Source: Euryarchaeota archaeon UBA62 (GTDB lineage Archaea > Thermoplasmatota > Poseidoniia > Poseidoniales > Thalassarchaeaceae). Taken from it: a DNA stretch of 64,000 nucleotides. The notes under the pieces were generated by a model. The model worked only from the letters and a program-made list of their open reading frames with translations. It was not told where the DNA came from and made no database searches. The DNA lies in the NCBI GenBank assembly GCA_002502095.1, contig DAPJ01000021.1, positions 29,069 to 93,068 on the forward strand. Reading direction: 5' to 3'. Positions 58,422-64,000 of the stretch are shown one piece after another (within the stretch, counting starts at the first letter, position 1; every line of letters starts with the position of its first letter). Position numbers and translations under genes: made by a program.

Positions 58422-59528
58422 TCACGGAATCTCATCAAATTGGTAACCATTTTCCCACTTCTTTTCTCCCAAGGCAACTTCAAGCTCATATGGAGTTACC
58501 AACGGCTTGTCATACCTCACTGAGTCATCAATGGCTATCCTCGGACATGCAGTATTCACGAACGCATCAACCGGGTAGAAGTCTATCAAATCAGGACTCA
58601 CGTGATCGAGTGCGAGTAAGTATCCCTTCTTCCCATGCTTCTCGAGAATTCTTTTCATCCTTATTGCGAGATTCCTCCTCATCTGCCCTGGCTTCTCCCC
58701 AATTAGAATTCCAAAAGTAGTAGCATTGTCTATTTCCATAATTAGTCCAAAACGTTGCCTCAGGATTCTTTCAATACGCCCAAAAGACATCTCACTCGAG
58801 TCTCCAGTGTAGGGATCTAGTAGGGCCAAAGGCTTCCCTGTATGGAGGACCAAACCTATCGGATGGAAGTCTCCCGAACCAAGGAACAGGTAATGCCCTA
58901 TATTTTCATTATCTCCAGAATAATTGCAACCGAGAACCTGCCCGGGGAATGTTAGCCTATCTCCTCCAGTTGGTATTTCTACTTCGAAGCCAGCTCTTTC
59001 CAACATTTCTTTGTATTTTGGAAGTAGGTGTAGGTGTTGTATTGATCCGACAAGACCAAGCTTGGTCTCTTTTAGAGGAGAGAACCTACCTACTGCATCT
59101 AAGAAAATCTCCTGCGCCTCCTCCTCGTCGAGATCATTCTTTCTTTCCGCTCCCTTCCTAGACTCGGCAATTGATAGATGAGCTCTAAGAATTGGTAAGA
59201 CTCCTTCAATTTCTGGCTCGCCATCGTACGTCACCGAGATGAACTGCGTCGGCATCCCAGAGTCTATGTTCATCTGACTATGTCCCATATGTGCCACTAG
59301 CTCAACTCCCATCGCTCTCATCTTGTCATGTACTAAATCACAGGCACCATAGCAAGGATCCGCCGCAAGAACTACCTTAGCATCTGAATCATCTTCTATC
59401 TGATCCATCATTTCCAGAGCTTGCATTTTCAGGCCCTCTGGAACTTGTAATGCAATAAGACGATGATCATTCGATTTTATTCTCGTAACCAACTCATCGA
59501 GCTGAAAGTCATGTCTGTCTAAATCCAT
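58422..59528 (-). CDS. dph2: Diphthamide synthesis protein Dph2 (2-(3-amino-3-carboxypropyl)histidine synthase)
   Basis: IALQVPEGLK, DPCYGACD, and later conserved Cys contexts (GCNY, NTACPR), typical of archaeal Dph2. Confidence 0.85.
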   Translation of the reverse strand: MDLDRHDFQLDELVTRIKSNDHRLIALQVPEGLKMQALEMMDQIEDDSDAKVVLAADPCYGACDLVHDKMRAMGVELVAHMGHSQMNIDSGMPTQFISVTYDGEPEIEGVLPILRAHLSIAESRKGAERKNDLDEEEAQEIFLDAVGRFSPLKETKLGLVGSIQHLHLLPKYKEMLERAGFEVEIPTGGDRLTFPGQVLGCNYSGDNENIGHYLFLGSGDFHPIGLVLHTGKPLALLDPYTGDSSEMSFGRIERILRQRFGLIMEIDNATTFGILIGEKPGQMRRNLAIRMKRILEKHGKKGYLLALDHVSPDLIDFYPVDAFVNTACPRIAIDDSVRYDKPLVTPYELEVALGEKKWENGYQFDEIP

Positions 59529-59534
59529 CGGTAA

Positions 59535-60113
59535 TCACTCAATAATCTCTACTTTCCCATCAACTATTTCTATTCTGGCTAGTGTTCTTATGGGCCATCC
59601 GGGTTTCTCTTTGGAGAGACGTTCGCGCCCATCTCCTTTCTCTATTGCGATGATAATATCCTGTAGCTTCGCGCCCATTCCTTCGATTGCCTCAAGAATT
59701 GGCTCTAATGTGCCTCCCGTGGAGATTACATCATCGACAATAAGTATCCTCTCTCCGGGTTTGATATCGTTGATATACGTGGTAGATTTTGAATATCCTG
59801 TGGAAACGTCGACTTCCACTTCCCCCTCCATTCCATATGATCGCTTTCTAATAACAACAGTAGGTTTTCCCGATGCCTCGCCAACCGCGGCCAACAATGG
59901 CAATCCCATCGCCTCAACACTGACTATGAGATCTATTTCCGACCAATCGACCATTGAGACAATCAGGTCTCTTGTAGCACGAAGAACATCAGGGTCCATC
60001 CTCGGTATCCCATCTGAAATTGGATGTATGAAGTATGGATACTCTCCTTTCCAAATTATAGGAGCGCCCCTCAGTGAATCCTGAAGTATGGCAAGGGGGT
60101 CGCCGGGCTCCAT
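59535..60113 (-). CDS. hpt: Archaeal hypoxanthine/guanine (purine) phosphoribosyltransferase
   Basis: PRPP-binding ILIVDDVISTGGT and N-terminal GEYPYFIHPISDGIP, matching the archaeal Hpt family as I recall it. Confidence 0.8.
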   Translation of the reverse strand: MEPGDPLAILQDSLRGAPIIWKGEYPYFIHPISDGIPRMDPDVLRATRDLIVSMVDWSEIDLIVSVEAMGLPLLAAVGEASGKPTVVIRKRSYGMEGEVEVDVSTGYSKSTTYINDIKPGERILIVDDVISTGGTLEPILEAIEGMGAKLQDIIIAIEKGDGRERLSKEKPGWPIRTLARIEIVDGKVEIIE

Positions 60114-60125
60114 TGCCCATCAACC

Positions 60126-60665
60126 TCAGACTTTGCCCTTCAAGTGCTCGGCTCCCCTGACAACTCTCTGGGAACAAGGAGTGGGGAACTTACAGCTCGC
60201 TTTACGAAGGGCATCCCTAGCAGCATCATAATTTTCTGGATTCAAATGGATTGACACAATAGTCTGTCCTCTTAAGACTCTAGCGGCGGTTCCTACATTC
60301 TTACCGAACGCCTGCCTCATTCCCTGGGAAACACGATCAGCACCCGCACCAGTGGCCTGCTTATTTTCTCGTAGAATTTGATGTGGATAAACATGAATCC
60401 TGAGGGCGTAGCCATCGACACCAGCCGAATTTCTTATTGTGGCATTAGCTACCTGTCTAGCCGATTCAAGAGCACTATCTCTGATTTGACACGCATTATC
60501 TGATGTCAGCTCAACAACTATTGGAAAATCTCCTGCCTCAGCGGCTTTTCTATTCCCCATGAAGTACCTGAGAATACGATTGTTGGGAACTCCTCCGGTG
60601 TACTCTCTACGAGTAAATGACTGGCCCTTTACCTGACGATACATCTTCGCTGGTTTGCGTGCCAC
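60126..60665 (-). CDS. rpl10e: 50S ribosomal protein L10e (uL16)
   Basis: ARKPAKMYR...YTGGVPNNRI, the typical L10e N-terminus. GTG start with an AGGTGA SD-like sequence 4 nt upstream. Confidence 0.9.
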   Translation of the reverse strand: MARKPAKMYRQVKGQSFTRREYTGGVPNNRILRYFMGNRKAAEAGDFPIVVELTSDNACQIRDSALESARQVANATIRNSAGVDGYALRIHVYPHQILRENKQATGAGADRVSQGMRQAFGKNVGTAARVLRGQTIVSIHLNPENYDAARDALRKASCKFPTPCSQRVVRGAEHLKGKV

Positions 60666-60733
60666 TTACTCACCTCTCTGGCGGGCGACCAACCCCCCAT
60701 ATTTAATCGTGAGGACAAAGCAACGAGAGCTCC

Positions 60734-61711
60734 TCAACCATTCGAAACACGTTCACTCTGTTTCTGAACCTCTCTAACCCCTACAACAATTAGAATGAAT
60801 CCAACTATCATGGACGCACCAATATTCTCCCCTAATAATGCCCAACCCCCTATTACTCCAAAAACTGGGACGAGGAAAACATAGGAAGAAGCGGCTGTCG
60901 GCCCAATTACCTCTATTCCTTTCGCAAATAGTACGTAAGCAAGAACGGTAGAAATAACACCTAGATATGCAATAGTCGCCCATTCTGCAGAGCTAGGAGT
61001 GGGTATTCCGGAAGACCAGATCTCGAAAACCATCCAAGGGGTTAGTAGAATCCAACCAATGAATGAGTACCATACTACTATCTCAAGAGGGGAAACACTG
61101 CTTTTACGTGACAGCAAAATCTTAGTTAAATTCGTAGTCGTAGCCCATGAAAAAGCGGCCATCAGAATCATAAAATCTCCGGTCAATCGGTGATTAAATG
61201 GAATATCTGAGTTTGGACTCCATCCGATAACAACAACAACCCCAGCAATCCCAGTGAGGAGCCCCAGGGACATTCTGCCAGTAATTTTCTGATGTAGCAT
61301 AGGGGCGGCTAAGAGGACAGTAAAAACAGGATTGAGAGAAACTATCAGGGAAGCATCTCCTGCTGCCGTCCAAGACATTCCATGCATGAAAAATAATTGA
61401 TAACACATAGTCCCGAAAATACCTAGCCAAATCGATAACCTCCATGATTCTCCGTCCGGAGGGACGAATCTGAAGCCTCCTCTGGATCTATTTGCCAAAT
61501 ACCAGATGAAGAACACTACAACTGCAAATGCATATCTAAGCCATGCCGAAGTAGCTGGCTCAAGAGTAGCGGAATTACTGTCGTCGGTACCGTAACTAAG
61601 AAATCTGCCAGCAGCCCAAGTAGAGCCCCATATAATGGCAGCCAACAATAGTAGGAGATGCGTCCTAAGATTCCCAGTTTTTGATTCCACTATCGGTCCC
61701 CCGGTAGTCAA
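60734..61711 (-). CDS. EamA/DMT-family transporter
   Basis: Ten predicted TM helices in two EamA-like halves. Start uncertain. I prefer TTG at 61711, which overlaps the aroA TGA stop (TTGA). The alternative is GTG at 61690. ORF-track start is 61771. Confidence 0.65.
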   Translation of the reverse strand: MTTGGPIVESKTGNLRTHLLLLLAAIIWGSTWAAGRFLSYGTDDSNSATLEPATSAWLRYAFAVVVFFIWYLANRSRGGFRFVPPDGESWRLSIWLGIFGTMCYQLFFMHGMSWTAAGDASLIVSLNPVFTVLLAAPMLHQKITGRMSLGLLTGIAGVVVVIGWSPNSDIPFNHRLTGDFMILMAAFSWATTTNLTKILLSRKSSVSPLEIVVWYSFIGWILLTPWMVFEIWSSGIPTPSSAEWATIAYLGVISTVLAYVLFAKGIEVIGPTAASSYVFLVPVFGVIGGWALLGENIGASMIVGFILIVVGVREVQKQSERVSNG

Positions 61712-62901
61712 GCACTCTCGCAGATGCTTTGGATGCGTTTTGTAAATTCGGGATCTGTGGCACTCACACAATCATCTCCTTCTACACACCCACCGGTCTT
61801 AGAAGCAATTATCATCGCGGTCATTGCCATTCTATGATCGGAATAAGTCAGTACAGGATCGACAGGACGGGATGGTTCCTGTCCTCCCGGGACAATAATA
61901 CCATCACTACTTTCCATTGATTTTATTCCGAATGCACCAAGCATCTCTACCGTCTTGGATATCCGGTCACTTTCCTTCCCCCTGGCATGTGCACATCCTG
62001 TGATTCTTCCTCCTTTTCCAATTGCCATTATCGCGGCAGAAGGGGTGATAATATCCGATGCATGGGTTAAATCTAGAATCTCTGAACCGCCAATCAACAT
62101 ATCGATAGCTTTCTTCAATCCGATAATCTCATCAACCTTATTTTTTCTAATTGTAACTCCATGTATTCTAGAGAAAAGAGTAGCCATCGGTATCAAGCTC
62201 TCCTCAGCATATACTTCAATTAATGAGGGCGTACAAACTTCCCATGGGCCTAGTTGTATTTCGCCTCTATCGACGCTGATATTTTTTCCCGACATTGAGC
62301 ATATTTTCTTAGTCAGGCCCCAATATCCTTCGCTAACACTTACTCCCTTTATTTTGAGAGAAATTTCATGTGGTAAATTGGGCGATGCCAGGGCCATGGC
62401 AGTCAAACCCTGACTTGTTCCACTCAAATCAATAGTGGCATCTTTAGAACTAATCCTCCCCGATACTGTCCTAGGTACAGAATTACTACTTATCTCACAT
62501 CCAAGTTGAGATAAAGTATCACAGAGTCCTACAGAAGTCCTCCTTCTAAGTGAACTATCCCCGTCTATTACAGCATCACCTTTCAAACAAGCCGATATCG
62601 CCGAGATTACGCTGGCTGTAGTTCCAGAATTTCCACAATTCAGAACATTATCAGGAACATACAATCCATCTCCTGGGCCTTCAATGATCCAATTACCTTC
62701 TCTAAAATCAATTTTAGAGCCCATTGTTGCCAAACAATTTGCCATCGAGAAAGAGTCCTCCCCAGGCACTCCTTCAAATGAAATATTTGTCTCCCCATAA
62801 CTCTGAGATCCAAGAGCTAGCCATCTAATCATATGGCTCTTTGAAGGAGGCATTAACCAGTCAAAAGAACCGGTCAGATCGGTACCATCGAATTCCCTCA
62901 T
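61708..62901 (-). CDS. aroA: 3-phosphoshikimate 1-carboxyvinyltransferase (EPSP synthase)
   Basis: PPSKSHMIR, GNSGTTA, LRRR, KESDRI, DHRMAM motifs. Confidence 0.88.
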   Translation of the reverse strand: MREFDGTDLTGSFDWLMPPSKSHMIRWLALGSQSYGETNISFEGVPGEDSFSMANCLATMGSKIDFREGNWIIEGPGDGLYVPDNVLNCGNSGTTASVISAISACLKGDAVIDGDSSLRRRTSVGLCDTLSQLGCEISSNSVPRTVSGRISSKDATIDLSGTSQGLTAMALASPNLPHEISLKIKGVSVSEGYWGLTKKICSMSGKNISVDRGEIQLGPWEVCTPSLIEVYAEESLIPMATLFSRIHGVTIRKNKVDEIIGLKKAIDMLIGGSEILDLTHASDIITPSAAIMAIGKGGRITGCAHARGKESDRISKTVEMLGAFGIKSMESSDGIIVPGGQEPSRPVDPVLTYSDHRMAMTAMIIASKTGGCVEGDDCVSATDPEFTKRIQSICESA

Positions 62902-62916
62902 GAGCCCACGTATAGC

Positions 62917-63810
62917 TCATTCGTGTTGAATCCTCGTATCTCTGCTTCTAATCCAATCTCCGAAGTCAACAGAAGAATCCCACTCTCTAGATACCTCATC
63001 TATGACGCTCAAATGCATGGTTTCATCCAATCCTCCAGTATCTTTAACTAGATTATTTCGAAGTAGCATTTTTGGACTCAGGCCGGGCATTAGTACTCCT
63101 ATCGCCCAAGGGACTCTTCCTGGGTATACCTCATTTACATGATTGACTATGTTTGTGGTACAGGTGTTTGTGAGAGTGTTGTACCACTCTGGCTCATTTG
63201 CCAACTTGTTTGTTCTTCTTATGTAAGACTCCAGCATCCTTCTTTCGTTTCCCGGTCCAAGGACCACCCCTTCGAAAAGATGCGTCTTAGATTTTAATCT
63301 GCATCGGGATCTCACTCCGATTATATCACGCTCAGTGCCCCAGACATAGATTAACTCATAAGTTCTAAAAATACCTTTCAAAGGGTCATAAGAGACTCCT
63401 TTCTTCTTTCTAACCTCGATTGAGCAAGCCAGTCTTCTGCCATCTTCAAATTCATAGCTCAGTATAGTATGTGCCATCTCCCTTCTTTCAGGGCTAAAGT
63501 ATTCAAGTACAAACCATATCTTCGTCACCTTACTCAGGTCCACTTTCACATCTATCCATTGTTCATCGTAATCCTTGGTAGTTCTCCAATTGAAATCACG
63601 GACATTTCTGAAAAATGCTATATCTCCTACAGATTCAACAGTGGCTAGCCTTTCATTATCATTGACCCATGATCTTTCATTTGAGGGGGACATCGCGAAA
63701 TGCCTCCTGAGAATCAGTATCAGAGCTATTGATAATATCAGAAAAATGACGATAGTCAAATCTGCGATTGACGTCACAGACTCCCGTAAGCGCATGAGGA
63801 AATAACTCAT
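62917..63810 (-). CDS. Membrane-anchored DUF4105-like protein
   Basis: One N-terminal TM helix, then a domain whose pattern (HTILSYEF.DG..L..SIE.RK) resembles DUF4105/Lnb N-terminal proteins as I recall it. Start trimmed to the ATG at 63810 so it does not overlap the tRNA. Confidence 0.4.
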   Translation of the reverse strand: MSYFLMRLRESVTSIADLTIVIFLILSIALILILRRHFAMSPSNERSWVNDNERLATVESVGDIAFFRNVRDFNWRTTKDYDEQWIDVKVDLSKVTKIWFVLEYFSPERREMAHTILSYEFEDGRRLACSIEVRKKKGVSYDPLKGIFRTYELIYVWGTERDIIGVRSRCRLKSKTHLFEGVVLGPGNERRMLESYIRRTNKLANEPEWYNTLTNTCTTNIVNHVNEVYPGRVPWAIGVLMPGLSPKMLLRNNLVKDTGGLDETMHLSVIDEVSREWDSSVDFGDWIRSRDTRIQHE

Positions 63811-63822
63811 GCCCAGAATTAA

Positions 63823-63909
63823 TGGCGCGGCAGGGGAGATTCGAACTCCCGAGGTGAAACACCACTGGATTAGCAATCCAGCGCAATGGCCAGGCTATGC
63901 GACTGCCGC
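63823..63909 (-). tRNA. tRNA-Ser (anticodon GCU), class II with long variable arm, CCA encoded
   Basis: Folded by hand. Acceptor GCGGCAG/CTGCCGC (7 bp). D-arm GCA..TGC with a GG-containing loop. Anticodon stem CTGGA/TCCAG with loop TTGCTAA. Variable arm GGTG-TTT-CACC. T-arm GGGAG-TTCGAAT-CTCCC. Discriminator G, terminal CCA. Confidence 0.9.
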
Positions 63910-64000
63910 AGCGCTCTAGCCACCATAGGTCCCCGCTTAAGCCGAGCGGTCTCACTCTTCCTCTTCGGAAGATCTGATATCAACTAATGAAGAGGGTAAT

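Noticed and set aside
59590-60084. Long antisense ORFs opposite well-supported genes. This one is 164 aa opposite hpt. Others are 7679-8134 (opposite hppA), 17725-18180 (mvk), 27647-28084 (ileS), 61955-62413 (aroA), 55287-55715 (aIF2-gamma), 3808-4314 (S8-MFS fusion) and 50164-50556 (citrate synthase).
   Set aside because: All lie fully inside strongly supported genes on the other strand. They have S/P/I/R-rich low-complexity translations with no recognisable motifs. They fit the stop-poor antisense frame produced by the codon bias of the real gene. I treat them as shadow ORFs.
63823-64000. tRNA-Ser as an integration site for a mobile element or genomic island.
   Set aside because: No integrase, direct repeat of the tRNA 3' end, or phage/plasmid genes are visible on either side within the window. 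The flanking genes are ordinary chromosomal genes.

Overview
The window is a tightly packed archaeal chromosome segment. The informational genes are archaeal: TBP, aIF2-gamma, S6e, L10e, Orc1/Cdc6, Dph2, ArcTGT and archaeal-type RibB/RibK. Mevalonate-pathway genes (mvk, class II hmgA, an AcnX-family dehydratase) are also present. Many predicted secreted or membrane-anchored hydrolases and two predicted Cys-lipobox lipoproteins fit a planktonic, protein- and polymer-degrading euryarchaeote of the Thermoplasmatota / Marine Group II-III type. That lineage assignment is my inference and is not verified. I call 59 CDS and one tRNA-Ser(GCU). I found no rRNA, CRISPR array, transposase, integrase or prophage. 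Genes are often translationally coupled (ATGA overlaps), and convergent genes share stop codons. The only intergenic gap longer than 200 bp is 52502-52779. That gap is AT-rich and packed with CGTTAAT-core direct and inverted repeats. It sits immediately upstream of a divergent Orc1/Cdc6-like protein with degenerate Walker motifs and a winged-helix C-terminus, about 4.4 kb from the canonical orc1/cdc6. I rank this pair as the best candidate for something undescribed: an origin/initiator-like or operator/regulator module. Other notable items follow. (1) A single ORF fuses a secreted S8 subtilase to an AmpG-family MFS permease. (2) A six-gene coupled cluster holds two ABC ATPases, two permeases, a tocopherol-cyclase/CrtC-like protein and a PH-domain membrane protein. 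(3) Two conserved genes (aIF2-gamma, truA) encode conserved N-termini upstream of any ATG/GTG/TTG, with a CTG at Shine-Dalgarno distance. (4) The ArcTGT lacks the CxCxxC zinc motif. (5) The AcnX is a single fused polypeptide. (6) TBP carries a roughly 55-aa acidic insertion in its second repeat. All homology statements rest on motif recognition by eye and recalled family signatures; no database search was run. Several ORF-track starts were trimmed to conserved N-termini. Coordinates inside 52741-52800 may be off by 1.
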